From Octopus vulgaris (Eukaryota): a DNA stretch of 64,000 bases. This document shows positions 41,365-55,706 of this stretch, in pieces; the stretch's first letter is position 1, and each line of letters starts with the position of its first letter. The position numbers and the translations under genes are program-made. The notes beneath the pieces were generated by a model, which searched no databases, was not told the DNA's origin, and worked only from the letters and a program-made list of their open reading frames with translations. The stretch is taken from assembly GCA_951406725.2 (NCBI GenBank), contig OX597832.1:45694001-45758000 (forward strand), written 5' to 3'.

Positions 41365-41833
41365 CCGAAGTGGGCAAGAGGTTTCCCACAATCACGGTAC
41401 TAAGTGGATTCATTCACTCAGATACGAGCACCAGCACTCACAGGCTCCAGGGTAGGACCATGTATGAATAACAACGCAAAATGTAATTACATAGGTATCA
41501 AAGCTGCCAAATTTGAGAGCGGCAGGGCCAGGTGGAATCTAAGGCTACTGCCTCCAGTGGTTTATGGCAACGCACAAACGAATCAGCTTGCAATTAGACT
41601 AGTGCTTATAGACCGGTGCAGTTCCGGAGTGGATGGTAGATAGAAAGACAAAATTGTTGATGAAAAATCGGTCAAAATGCAATGAGGTTTCCAATTGTCG
41701 ACCCATTTTGTATCTTAACCTCTTATGGAAAGTGTTAATAGGCACACTGGCAAGGAAAATATATACGTTCTTTGCGGAAAATAATCTACATCCAGTCAAA
41801 TAAAAATGATGCCAGAAAGGAACCAATGGCACT
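41365..41833 (+). pseudogene. R4/Dong-type RT N-terminal relic (single frame, many stops)
   Basis: KLPNLRAAGPGGI*GYCLQWF...HKRISLQLD*CL*TGAVPEWMVDRKTKLLMKN...SNCRPILYLNLLWKVLIG...NNLHPVK*K*CQKGTNGT (cf. NWKAPGPDG, VPxWM, NYRPIxCL, LLPxEQKGC). Confidence 0.82.
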
Positions 41834-42272
41834 GCTGCTGCTGCTGCTACTACTACTGAATAATTGAGGTGATGGTACTAAGTGAAAATATAAAAGGAAG
41901 AAACGAATAAGTGGAAGAACAAGACGAAGAAAATGGAAAAGTTCTGCGACAGATGCTGAGAAAGTACTCATTCTTATTAGAAACTAACATAAAACATGTC
42001 TGTCTTTAATGAGTGCCATTATCAACTGGATGTAAGAAACAGTATTTTCCAATTTCGCGACTTTTCCTGTATAAATAACAATGGCGCTGTTAAACCGGAA
42101 GTTAAAAGTATTAGATAAGAAGTACACAAACACGGATCTCATTGTCTGATCACAACGAACGGTATATATGTATATTGATATGAATGAGAAATATCCCGCT
42201 TAAATAAGATGGATCGTATGTACTATATTTGTTTTTGCTTAGCAAGAATGATCTCTATATATTGGCCTTACG

Positions 42273-42388
42273 ATTCTTCTTCTTCTTCTTCTTCTTCTTC
42301 TTCTTCTTCTTCTTCTTCTTCTCACTCAGCCTCCTCCTCCTCCCTCATCATCATCATCATCACCACCACCACCACCACCACCACCACC

Positions 42389-42422
<34 letters not shown>

Positions 42423-42476
42423 TCACCACCACCACTACCATCATCATCATCATCATTGTCGTTGTCATCCTCTTCC

Positions 42477-42508
<32 letters not shown>

Positions 42509-42550
42509 CTTCTCCTCCTCCTCCTCATCATCATCATTACTACCATCACC
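42273..42550. repeat. (TTC)n/(CAT)n/(CAC)n/(CTC)n compound microsatellite
   Basis: Read directly. Confidence 0.95.
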
Positions 42551-43328
42551 ATATTTAGCAGCTGTAGCGAACGCGAAAGGATAAATACTAGTAGTGGCAT
42601 TTGTGTATTTAAATAACTTCTTTCTCGTGAAGAATTTTAAATAAATTATAGGATCAAATCTTCAAAAAAAAAAAATTCATGAAAAAAGGCGAAATTAGAT
42701 ATAAAAAAAACATGTGCAGAATTATATATTTGTTTGCGTATTTGCTTTTGATATATGGATGAAAGTGTGTATATATGCGTCCACATATTTATGTGTGCGT
42801 TTATGCGTGTATGGGTGCGTCTGCTATTTTCGTTTCAACAACTGAAGAGAGAAATAAAAAATAAAACCGAAACAAGAAAGATTTCTGTCTATGATGTTTT
42901 TTCCATCTAGAAATCACACACAAATACTTAAGCGAAAGGATATAAAAACGCATAAAGACACCGACAGAAATATTTAAGTGTATATATATATATATATATA
43001 AGCACACATATAGAGATAGATATACACGCACATAGTAATTTCTACTAGACAACAAAGCACACACATTATATAATTTTTGAATGTTTAATATGAGCACTCA
43101 TTCAGACACATACACACATATACACATATACACATATATACATACATACATACATAGATACATACATAAATACATACAGGGATGCATATATACATACATA
43201 TACACACACACACATACACGCACATGTATAAAAGAATGCACACACAAGCGCAAGATCTCTGAAAATTGATACAATTTCGAAGATATGAAATAGAAAAACG
43301 TAATGACAATAATGTAACAAAAGAAAGA

Positions 43329-43397
<69 letters not shown>

Positions 43398-43414
43398 TGA
43401 TGATGATGATGATG

Positions 43415-43496
<82 letters not shown>

Positions 43497-43733
43497 GAAG
43501 AAGAACTCTCAAATGCTTTACGTTGTCTTGCATATTTACTATGAATTATGACAGTCAATTCAATTGCTTCAGCTGATTTTTGACGCCGTGTACGGTGTTG
43601 AAGCTCGTATGAGGAAGAAGGAAAAAAACACCATTTTATTTACAATTTCAATGTGAATTTTGCAGGAGGTGGCTAAAATAATTCCATCATAATTCTCAAC
43701 TAAATCATTTGTGCACGAATCCATGCCACAGAG

Positions 43734-43782
<49 letters not shown>

Positions 43783-43783
<1 letters not shown>

Positions 43784-43955
43784 ATCCAAACATGAACAAA
43801 GAGAAAACACAACAACACGAGGGCGTAGAACAAGTATAGTGTTATTGGACGCTTAGAAGAGGAATGATAGTAGAGGATTTAACGTTTCGAGCGGAACTCT
43901 TCATCAGAAACATAGAAAAAGGGAAGGTCCAAGGTAAGGAAGACGGAGAAAGAAA
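43783..43955 (-). mobile_element. Penelope-like fragment with the most canonical hammerhead-like core in the window
   Basis: Reverse complement of 43882-43907 is CTGATGA-A-GAG-TTCCG-CTC-GAAA-CGT, with downstream GCGTC (43848-43852); same layout as family P1. Confidence 0.62.
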
Positions 43956-44229
43956 ATATTGATATGTATATATATATGACCTTCGACCGTGGAGTAGATG
44001 AAATTAAGGCGACTGAAGAAGGGGAATTTTCCTTGTTTTGTATGTCCTGTACTCTATTTTTTCGTTGTTTAAAAACGACCATTTCCTTGGTTTTGTGTTT
44101 ATGTTTTCGTTTCTCATTGTGTTCGATGTTTGTTTTGTGTCCTGTACCCATATATGCATATATATATACATGTACAGGTAGGTACGTACCTATATGTATG
44201 TATATATGCATATGTTGTATTTATTTTTA

Positions 44230-44279
<50 letters not shown>

Positions 44280-44385
44280 ATACATATACACACTTTATAT
44301 GTATGAGTGTACATATATATATATATATATCTTTAATGTTATATAGATATATATGTGTATATCTATCTACCTATCTATCTATCTG

Positions 44386-44458
<73 letters not shown>

Positions 44459-44470
44459 TTATTTATTTAT

Positions 44471-44506
<36 letters not shown>

Positions 44507-45048
44507 TTATCTATCTATTTATCTACATATCTATTTATCTATCTATATGACGTAAGTGAAGTGCATTAATATTTCATAAAAAAATTGTATCAATCGGGCG
44601 TTCATGAAATATTTTGTAAATGAAGAAGGTGGCATGTTTGAAAAAATTATGTATAGACTCATTCGGAATACATAACAATATTAAATTCAGTTCGTATATG
44701 CTCAATGTTCAAATTCTACTCGTTTCGTCAACGCTTTCGTTGAATAATTGATACGTATCATCACTCTTCTGATGACGGTTAAATCGAAAGTATGCCTCAT
44801 TTAGAAACATTAGTTTCGTACTATTGTACGAAATCAATATTTATTGCCTTGCTGTTTAATAATCAATAGAAACTACCTTGATGTCAGTGTATCTAATACA
44901 TTAAGGTTACTAATAGCTTATATAATCAAATAAAACTAATAACCGAAAGCCTAAAGAATACATAAACGGAAATAGTAGAAAATATAAATTGATCTCAATA
45001 AGAAGTGTGTTACCTCGGGACAAATATCGACAAGCTCTCAAAGACAGT

Positions 45049-45158
45049 AAGTCAAAGGTCATCAATTTTGACATTTGACCCAGTGCTCTTGTGACCCAAT
45101 GTTCTGACGCGACGGCCTTGTGACCCTTTGCTTTGATAACCAATTACTTTCATGACCC
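45049..45158. promoter_or_regulatory. Candidate nuclear-receptor half-site cluster including two DR1-like elements
   Basis: AAGTCA-A-AGGTCA (45049-45061), TGACAT-T-TGACCC (45069-45081), and TGACCC at 45092, 45121 and 45153; motif evidence only. Confidence 0.35.
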
Positions 45159-45997
45159 AATGAAAACGAACACAAATGATTTGAAGTCAAATTAGATATT
45201 ATGATTCATACACAGAATAACGTGTACGTACACGGGTATTATCATCACCATCATTCTTCATCGTCATTATCACTAATTGGCACTCATCTTCACACCACAC
45301 GCACACACAATCAGACACATAGCCCCACCACACACACCACTATCCTTATTATTAACGCCTAGGACTAATATTAGGAATACTAAGCGACTGTTCAAAGTGC
45401 TAGAAATAACCATTAGATTTACCTCATTTTGCACTTTAATTTCTTAATGAAATATTATATTTGATAATGTGGTTCTAGACACAGAAGTATAATTATAAAT
45501 CTTTCTAATCATAGCTGACTGTAGAAGTGCTAAACCATCAGAAAACCAAAAACATCAATCATTATCATCACTTTCTCTGTAATTCATTATTCTAACGATT
45601 GAACAAAATAATCTCTTGAGAGATCTCCCAAACTTTCTGTCCAAGGAATTAGTTAGTAACTGTTATCTATAGCAACGAATTATATTTGCATAATTCTGAT
45701 ATTCATTTCAGCTAAGGGTTATCCTATTATACACGACTGTAACTGATTCAAAGGTCGTCTCTTTGAAATGCATCTGAATATGTTACGAGAACCACATATT
45801 ACATATATCTTTCTTTGTAATAATACTTATAATATATGTTTGTTTTTTCTTTTTCTATTACAATTTACCGTAAACAACAAATTCTCAGTTGCTGTGGTAT
45901 ATACTGCATAGGTTATATACTTGTAAACATTAAAAAAAATTCTTGACTTTACGGATAGATCAAGCTTTCCTGAAATTCTAGAGTCATTACTAGTATC

Positions 45998-46551
<554 letters not shown>

Positions 46552-46594
46552 CATTATTATTATTATTAATAATATTATTATTATTGTTATTAAT

Positions 46595-46838
46595 CTATGT
46601 TTGACTTTTGCTTTACATTTGTACAATTTGGCTCCAAGTCTCACTCAGACACTTCAAGAGACAAGAAGTTGGAAGTTCATGTTGGTGTTATGCCTAGTGT
46701 GCCATCTATTTGGTTTTGTACTTAGCGTTGTACTAGTGAATGTCTAAATAACCATACGAAAATTATGTTTGTTTTAAAACTTGAGATTACATAGACAGTA
46801 TTTTGCGTAGGATATGAGCAGTTCCCATGGCACCATCT
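46595..46838 (-). mobile_element. Second R4/Dong-type LINE 3' end
   Basis: MGTAHILRKILSM* and the same 3' UTR terminus as the 46197 copy, with independent substitutions and indels. Confidence 0.86.
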
Positions 46839-46950
46839 TCTTCTTCTTTTTCTTCTTCTTCTTCTTCTTCTTCTTCTTCTTCTTCTTCTTCTTCTTCTTC
46901 TTCTTCTTCTTCTTCTTCTTCTTCATCTACCTCTTCATCATCTTCTTCTT

Positions 46951-47013
<63 letters not shown>

Positions 47014-47853
47014 TATACACAGCCTCTGAAACCGGAAGGAATAAGCTAGCAGAGTTGACATTGTTAACAGAAAAAGTGTATATAGAATCAATAAATTAGC
47101 CAGTGGGGATGATGGTACAGAAACATATATATCCAAGCACGGCAGAAAACATTTTCGTCAACCAAATATATAAAGAAATGGCGAATGTTTAGAAAACACA
47201 ATTATTAATCTTTTTTTTTTTCTATCAATGATTTATGTGGACGAGTTGATAAAACACCTTAAGACAACAAATAATTAAGCTAATGAAGACTTGAAATTAT
47301 ATTTTTTCTTTTTGCTTCTGTTTTGTTATCTTTGAAATATACAAATGTTTTGTTGGCGATTTGGCAGCTGAAGAAGATGATTTCAAACGATAAATTCTGA
47401 TTATTCCGTATCGTACGTCTATGACTTGACACTAAAATATCCTGCTGGAATTTTAAGAACGTAAATCATTAAATAACCTAAAAAGAAAAAGGAAGACAAT
47501 ACATTTTGACTGCTTTGTTGTGACTTAAGGATAATCTTGCTGGATTATTTAGGAGGCACTTAATAAACTCATTAAAACGTTGTTGATATTATTTTTTTCG
47601 CCTAAAGAAAGACGCATATGAAGTAAAGTTTAACCTTTGAAATATATTGGTTGGCAATGCCATCGATTTATTGGCAGTCATGTTCTGGAAAGTTGACAAA
47701 AGGTTTTGAAAAAAAAATATATATATATACAACCGTCGATACCTTAACTATTGGAATTAATTCAAATCCCTTAGCTTTACTCAGTAGTGGCCCCGTAATA
47801 TGCATACATTCACGCACCCATGCACGTGGACTTATACACGTTGACTCTATCGC

Positions 47854-47929
<76 letters not shown>

Positions 47930-48245
47930 CATATTTATGTATGCGGGTGTATATCTGTATATATATATATATGTATATATATGTGTGTGTGTATGTGTCG
48001 TCTTCAACAGTGGAACGCGAAGTATATAAATATATAAAAAAAGGCGTGTAGACTATTTGGTTATAACCTTTTTGCATGGTAAAAAAAAATCGATGTCTGC
48101 CCTTGGGCCATTAACCCATACCTTAATATTTATAGCTTTATCACTCCGAGAGATAAGAAATAAATCGTTTTCTACCGTTGAAACTATGTATTTCTTATCT
48201 CCTGAAGTTTTAAAATTCTTTAAAAATATGATGCAAACTACAAAC

Positions 48246-48280
<35 letters not shown>

Positions 48281-48599
48281 CACGCACACACACACGCACA
48301 TTATGTATGCATACATTTATGTACGTATGTATGATATAGCAGCACAGGCAAGATTTTCAAAATACGCCGCTTTGTTGCTAAATCGACAATACATTTAAAT
48401 CTTGTCTGCGACTACCACTACCTCTCTTGCAACCTGGTCTCGCATATTGTCGCTGATATGCAGTGTTTCATAGACAGGTTGCCCCAGTCATGAACACTGG
48501 TGTCGAGCTAATCGACTCAAGCTTTCCCTCAACAGTGCTGGTCATGTGCTAAAATTTGAAACCAATATTATCTATCCCTCGAACAAGGGCCTGGAATGT

Positions 48600-49370
48600 C
48601 TTCGACTTTACATTAAAGAGTTTAACATCAAAGACCTTACCTGCGGTTCTGAAGCGAATATAGACGCCAAATATTTAAATTGACAATTAGTCTGAATAAT
48701 ACATTTTTTCTGTTTCAACCAGAACGAGGTACAGCCTGTGTGGAACCTTCCATCCATGTCGATGGAAAGAGTCTGCAAGTTGGTGAACACTTCATCTTAC
48801 TCGGTACTATAGTAAACTTTCGATGCTCCCACGACACTGAAATATCTCTCCGACTTAAGAAATCCACTGACGCATTTTCTGATCTCTAAGACAACATATA
48901 GTCCTAGAAAGACCTGAAAAAGAAAACGAAGACAGATGTCCATAATGCCTGTATACTTCCAAGAATTCTCTACTCTTTCCAGACCAGGAAACATTTAAAT
49001 CTACTGAAGCTTTTCCACCTTTACTTCCAGGGACAGATCTTGGGTATTCACTGGTTCTCACATGTTTCAGGCATAGAATTACTGGAATGAACAACATAGA
49101 AGCTCATATTCACAAGACCTGTCTACGTTTGGCAGGACATTTGATACGGCTGGACGATAGTCGTATCTCCTTGTAAATGCTTTATTAAGAGCTTGCTGAA
49201 GGAAAAAAAGCCTCAGCAAAAACCGAAGAATCGTTTCAGTGAACGTGTCAAAGCCTCACTGTCGCAATTCGATCTCGACTTTCAAAACTGTGAAATACAA
49301 GCTGGCGATAGAAACAGGTGGAGAAAATAGATATACGGGGAATGTAGCTCATTCCATGCAAAGTCGAAAA
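48600..49370 (+). pseudogene. RTE (BovB-like) LINE RT C-terminal relic
   Basis: LTISLNNTFFLFQPERG...EPSIHVDGKSLQVGEHFILLG...DTEISLRLKKSTDAF and IEAHIHKTCLRLAGHLIRLDDSRI...LY*ELAEGK (cf. LRWAGHVxRMxDxRxPKxxLYGEL). Confidence 0.82.
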
Positions 49371-49378
49371 GCTGGGCA

Positions 49379-49570
49379 AAGGAGGTGGCGTGCTGCCAGA
49401 AACGTTAGCACGCCGGGCGAAATGCTTAGCGGTTATTTCGTCTATCTTTACATTCTAAATTCAAATTCCGCCGAGGTCGACTTTGCCTTTTATCCTTTCG
49501 AGGTTGATAAATTAAGTACCAGTTGCGTACTGGGGTCGATCTAATCGTCTTACCCGTCTCCCCCCAAATA
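49379..49570 (+). mobile_element. SINE family B
   Basis: CAGAAACGTTAGCACGCCGGGCGAAATGCTTAGCGG...AATTCCGCCGAGGTCGACTTTGCCTTTTATCC...AAGTACCAG. Confidence 0.88.
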
Positions 49571-49617
49571 TCTATCTATTTATGAATGTATGTACGTATG
49601 TACTATGCATGCATAAA

Positions 49618-49770
49618 TTTTCCATTTACCAGAGTCGCAGATTCACTCTGAAGACATTAGTTTGGCCGAGGGTTATAGTAGAAGATACTCGACCAAGATA
49701 TTCCGCAGTGGAACTGAACCCGAAATCACATTGTTGCAAAGCGATCTTCTTAACCACAAAGCCTGCATCT
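49618..49770 (-). mobile_element. Diverged SINE family A, 5' half
   Basis: GGCCGAGGGTTATAGTAGAAGATAC...GCAGTGGAACTGAACCCGAAATCAC. Confidence 0.7.
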
Positions 49771-50312
49771 ATACTTATGAAGAAAAACAGAAAAATAATA
49801 AAACTAAATGCCGTGTGATTGTGTAAGAGAGTCTGTTTGAAGATTTACCGATCTAGCGTATTACATAATTTATAAACCTTTTCAGCTGTATTTCGCAGTT
49901 TTGCATTTAGCACTTCTTTCTGTTTTTTTTTTCGATTGTTTCAGCTGTCAAGGCGAAGACGATGGTAGAATAATGCAGTCAGCATGTTTTCGTTTTGGTT
50001 CTAAGAGGTAGTTAAACAAACATTTACATGTGTTATTACTGAGTGTATTTGCATGTTGGTAGTATTTATGTTACGTATTTACGTCCCGTTGGACTGGACG
50101 TCAGAAAGTTAACGGTTTTGAGAACGATCTGTTATGTATTTTGCTTCTGTCTATATATTGCATAGTCACAGACATACACACATACATACATGCGTGCTCG
50201 ATCAGACAGATATCTAGATGCACATGTGTTAATATAGAGAGATAAAAGCACACACATTCAGACACATGCATACATATATACATACATTCATATCATATAT
50301 TCATAAAATATA

Positions 50313-50352
<40 letters not shown>

Positions 50353-50402
50353 GCTGGATAAATAGCTAGATAGCTAGATACATACATATAGGCATATTTC
50401 AC

Positions 50403-50455
<53 letters not shown>

Positions 50456-50540
50456 TAGATAGATAATATATATAAATATATACACACGCATATATGTATA
50501 TATCTAAATCTATATCCATCTATCAATCTATATACATATA

Positions 50541-50606
<66 letters not shown>

Positions 50607-50671
50607 TCTATCTATCTATATATATATATATATACATACATACGCGCGCACACAGAAACAGAATCACCCAG

Positions 50672-50724
<53 letters not shown>

Positions 50725-51973
50725 CGCACACACACTCAATATATTTCTATACCCGCAGCAGCACAAACGCATTCATTGCACATGTAAATGTCTTTTTGAC
50801 TGCTTCTGAAGTTTGATATTCCTACGCGCACACATCTACGAATTGACAGATAATGTTACGAAGCGCATGGATGCAAAATGGCGCGAACACATACATCCAT
50901 CACTTTTATGCAACGATGGCTATTCGATTTCACGTATGGTCACCTTCTGATCTGAAGATCTGCTGAATTCTTGTATAACTTCTCAAATACCACTTGAGAA
51001 TTTCAGTACATTCACACAACCATGCTTTAAGTGTTATTTAATATTGCTGCATTTGATGAAAAGTGGGATTATTGTGGTCTGCTGCAATATCTAATGCACT
51101 TTTAGAGTCACGAATTATTTTACAAATGTACCACGCCTAAATGATATGCTATCACTCTCTCTTTAAACTCGAACAGAGGCAGGGGAATATAAATTGTTAT
51201 TGTATGCGTTATAACAATATAAATTGTTGATATATATTGGTGTTATGTTCTTGGTAAGCGGAATCTGTGTGTATACATTTCATTTTCCTATTGCAATGAT
51301 TTAACTTCAATGAAGGCAGCTACGATAGATACAGTATAAATATCTTCATTTCGACTTACAGTTTCTCAAAATGGCGTCGGTTGCGCTCATAATACTTTAA
51401 AGGGCATGTTTGACTATATAAAATAAATTTGATCTTGGTATGAATGAACCGTGGATTATATTTGCGTGTGAGTGCGTGTGTGGACGGTAGTGATAGTGGT
51501 AGTGGTGGCAGGGAAAGACAATATCTTTCAACCTTATTGCATCTTAATTCTTTTTCCTTTCTTCAAGTTTCCCTCCACTCTTACCATCCTCCATACCCTC
51601 AATAACAATATAGGATGATGTAGCTTCAATTACATCAATCACACTTCAACGTAACTGCTTGTAGAGACAATATGGATTATTGAACGATAAATGTTGAGCT
51701 GTGTGCTCAAATATAACGAGTGGCTTGTGCTCTCTTTCTGCGAAGAACATTTTCCTTTATTCTACATGGCCTCAGTTCATTTAGCTGTCAGTAATGAATA
51801 ATGGGTCACATTAATAAATAATGGGTTACGTGAGATAGAATGCCAGCTTATACGTCATTATGCATTATATGCTGCAAGACTAACGTTAACCACTGATTTT
51901 TCAAGAGGCCTCTTGCTGTTCACGAGAATTGTGCTATTTCTTACGTATTTACTCACACAGAAAAGCATATGCA

Positions 51974-52062
<89 letters not shown>

Positions 52063-52067
52063 GTCTG

Positions 52068-52145
<78 letters not shown>

Positions 52146-52241
52146 TTATATATCTGTCTATATCCTTCTATATCTATGTACATATATATATTTATATATG
52201 TATGTATGTATATCTATATATGTATATATATACACACACAT

Positions 52242-52280
<39 letters not shown>

Positions 52281-52355
52281 TAACTATATACATGCACTTG
52301 TATATGTGTATATATATGTATATATACACACATACGCACACATATAATAATAATG

Positions 52356-52429
<74 letters not shown>

Positions 52430-52451
52430 GTGACAACAGAAGAATGAGACC

Positions 52452-52509
<58 letters not shown>

Positions 52510-52513
52510 GTTA

Positions 52514-52593
<80 letters not shown>

Positions 52594-54222
52594 CGTGTAT
52601 GTGTTTGTGTATACACATTCATTTATGCATATATAATAGCTGAATGCGAAGGATGTCAAGAATTACAACGAAATGGATAATTTATAATATACTAAATACA
52701 AATAATATGTTGAAATTACATGTTGTGAGCGTAATTTGATTGTACGAACGTAAGAAAGCAGACATTTATAGAAGGCCTTTTTTTGGGCTAACCCTTGATA
52801 TATTACAGATACTCACACACCGACACACAAACACACACACTCGAACATACACACACACACACACACACACACAACAAAACACGCACACAAAACACACACA
52901 CACACACACACATACAAACACACACATGGATAGATAGTGAGATACATAGATAAAAAGCCATAAAGAATTATACATCTTTTTTCAGCATATAAGATTCTGA
53001 CACATTTTCTTCTGCATAAGTTCTTTAATATAAATCGATTAGATACACGGAACTATCACATCTAAGAGCCTAAGACATTTAAACAGCAGAAACACGTGTC
53101 GGAATCTTATATGTCGAAAAAAAAACCCTGACCATTTAAGCTCTATAATTCCCCGTTATTTCTGTCTTTATAATATACCATGGAATTTTATATGAAACTC
53201 TTGGAAGTGATCTAAGGTTTTACCCATCGAAACGAGTATAACTATAATTGTTTATTGTAGATGATTCAAAAATATTTTCTAATATTTGATGTGGTTAGCC
53301 AAAACTGGATTTTCATAGAATCCTTGTAAGGTATCTGCCTGAATTTGAAATTCTTATTCCCTTATGGTACACACACATATACACACACACAAACACACAC
53401 ACAAAGACACACACACACAAACACGCGCATGCACATATATACGTACTTGAGTAGTACAAACCGATATGAACATCGTCAGGCCACTTAGAATACAGAACCT
53501 CGTTTAAAAGTCTGAGCGTTAAAACGTTCAATTTAAGTTAGTCTGGTAATATTTAGTTTGTATATAAATATTTATAAAAAGTTTATTGATCTATACATTG
53601 AACTATGCACTTAAGTTTTCAAATTTCACATGGAATATATAAAGTAATGCAAATTAAAAGACAGCACAATATAACAGCGTTTATATATATTAAAATAAAT
53701 GAATGCATTTTTTAAATATTCATATTCAATAACACTTTGACTTTTTTTCTTTTTTTCTTTTGCAAAACAACCAGTGGATGGAAATTATATACACGTACGT
53801 TGGTTTTCATCAGCAGTTAGATATTAGGAAAAGAACATTTTAATATTTTCTAATGTCATCTATAAAGTTTTGAATGGAAAACTTGCATGATATGGGCTGT
53901 TCTACCAAAAATTTATCTTTCAATCCAAGTCTGACACTGGCTCGTACATTGTTGATATAATTAGATATATCATAAATCTATGAAGGGAATATTGTGGAAT
54001 ATGATTAACTTACAGCCCATCTCAATATTGATTTGTTATTGAAATTTACAGTTTAAACCAGTGTTCAAGACACTTTCGCTTGACCAGAGCATTAGAATTG
54101 TGGTATCTATGATTTCAAAATACATATGTTTCTAAAAATCTTGTGTTATCGGCAGGAATACATTTTCCTTATATCTTTTCTTTTATCTGAGAGTTTTTCT
54201 TTTCATGATAGCAATTGTGATA

Positions 54223-54541
54223 GTAGAGGCACATGGCCTAGTGGTTAGAGCAGCGGACTCGCGGTTGAGGGATCGCGGGTTCGAATCCCAGACCGGGTGA
54301 TGTGTGTTTATGAGCGAAAACACCTAAGCTCCACGCGGCTCCAGCAGAAGGTAATGGCGAACTTCTGCTGACTCTTTCGCCATAACTTTCACTCACTCTT
54401 TCCTCCTGCATCTTGCAGCTCACCTGCGACGGATCGCCGTCCCGTCCCGTCCAGGTGGAGAACCTATACGCCAAGAAACCGGGAAACCGGGAAACCGGCA
54501 CTTATGAGCCAGGCATAGCTCGAGAAGGAACAAACAAACAA
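54223..54541 (+). mobile_element. tRNA-derived SINE family C (V-domain-like), full length with TSD
   Basis: A box TGGCCTAGTGG, B box GGTTCGAATCC, and TCG in the anticodon position (tRNA-Arg-like); V-like CCTGCGACGGATCGCCGTCCCGTCC..CAGG...GAAACCGG; (CAAA)n tail; 11-bp TSD CAATTGTGATA at 54212-54222 and 54542-54552. Confidence 0.9.
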
Positions 54542-54831
54542 CAATTGTGATATGAAATTGTGAGTTCCTGCCTTATGCACATACACACACACACAGACAC
54601 ACATATTCCCAACACATGCACACTCATAAATGTCACGATAGAGGGAAATGAAATGAATCTTTATTCGTCGCTCGAATCTCATAAGCCCTGTTTTTGTAAT
54701 TTCAACAACCAACTATCCGGCTTTTGTCGACCATTCATCTTCATGCACTAATCTTTATAAACGAGAATATAAGAGCAAGTCGTGATTTAGTTCAAAGAGG
54801 AAACGAAACGTCTCAATTTGAATGGATTTGA

Positions 54832-55001
54832 GTAATTATTCAGTCCTATTGGCGTTTTGGCAACATGATCACAGCTAGAATTAGATGCAATTGTTCGGGG
54901 ATATATAATTGGATATTAGACTTAAATATACGGCCCCGAACCATTGCATCTAAATTCTAACCATTCATTTTGCCAAAGCTCCAAAAGGACTGAATAATTA
55001 C
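54832..55001. mobile_element. Palindromic MITE-like element, unclassified
   Basis: GTAATTATTCAGTCC / GGACTGAATAATTAC outer arms and TAGATGCAATTGTTCGGGG / CCCCGAACCATTGCATCTA inner arms. Confidence 0.75.
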
Positions 55002-55247
55002 GAATAATTAATTGAAAGCAGGCGTCACTCACTCCTGATCTAGTTACACCAAAAATAAAGTACCAACTTGGTTTCAGTTTGCTTTTAGTCTTTATGATAC
55101 ATTTTTTCCTCTAAGTTATCTATTAAATATTCCGAGACTTAAAGAGTAAGATGTGAATTTCGTTGCTAAAATTTTCGGTTGAACTTCTAAATCGTTGGTC
55201 ATTCCAGATATTTCTCAAGTAAACTGCTTGCCACGTAGTTGTTTAGT

Positions 55248-55470
55248 TACTCTTTTACTCTTTTACTTGTTTCAGTCAATTGACTGCGGCCATACTGGAG
55301 CACCGCCTTTAATCGAGCAACTCGACCTCTTATTCTTTTTGTAAGCCCAGTACTTATTCTATCGGTCTCTTTTGCCGAACCGCTAAGTGACGGGGACGTA
55401 AACACACCAGCATCGGTTGTCAAGCAATGCTAGGGGCACAAACACAGACACACAGACACACAGACACACA

Positions 55471-55540
<70 letters not shown>

Positions 55541-55706
55541 TACGACGGGCTTCTTTCAGTTTCCGTCTACCAAATCCACTCACAAGGCTTTGGTCGGCCC
55601 GAGGCTATAGTAGAAGATACTTGCCCAAGGTGCCACGCAGTGGGACTGAACCCGGAACCATGTGGTTGGTAAACAAGCTACTTACCACACAGCCACTCCT
55701 GTGCCT
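55248..55706 (-). mobile_element. SINE family A, full length
   Basis: Highly similar to 31909-32410 except for the internal microsatellite. Confidence 0.93.

Noticed and set aside
42080-42103. Promoter suggested by ATGGCG and CCGGAAGT motifs (also AAAATGGCG near 50875 and 51368)
   Set aside because: Isolated short motifs with no supporting exon, CpG-rich region or transcript evidence
44769-44798. Hammerhead core CTGATGA-C-GGTTAAATC-GAAA
   Set aside because: Weak stem II, at most 2 bp of stem III, no stem I and no paralogue in the window; could be chance
54226-54297. tRNA-Arg(TCG) gene
   Set aside because: The acceptor stem does not pair, and the sequence continues into a SINE body, tail and TSD
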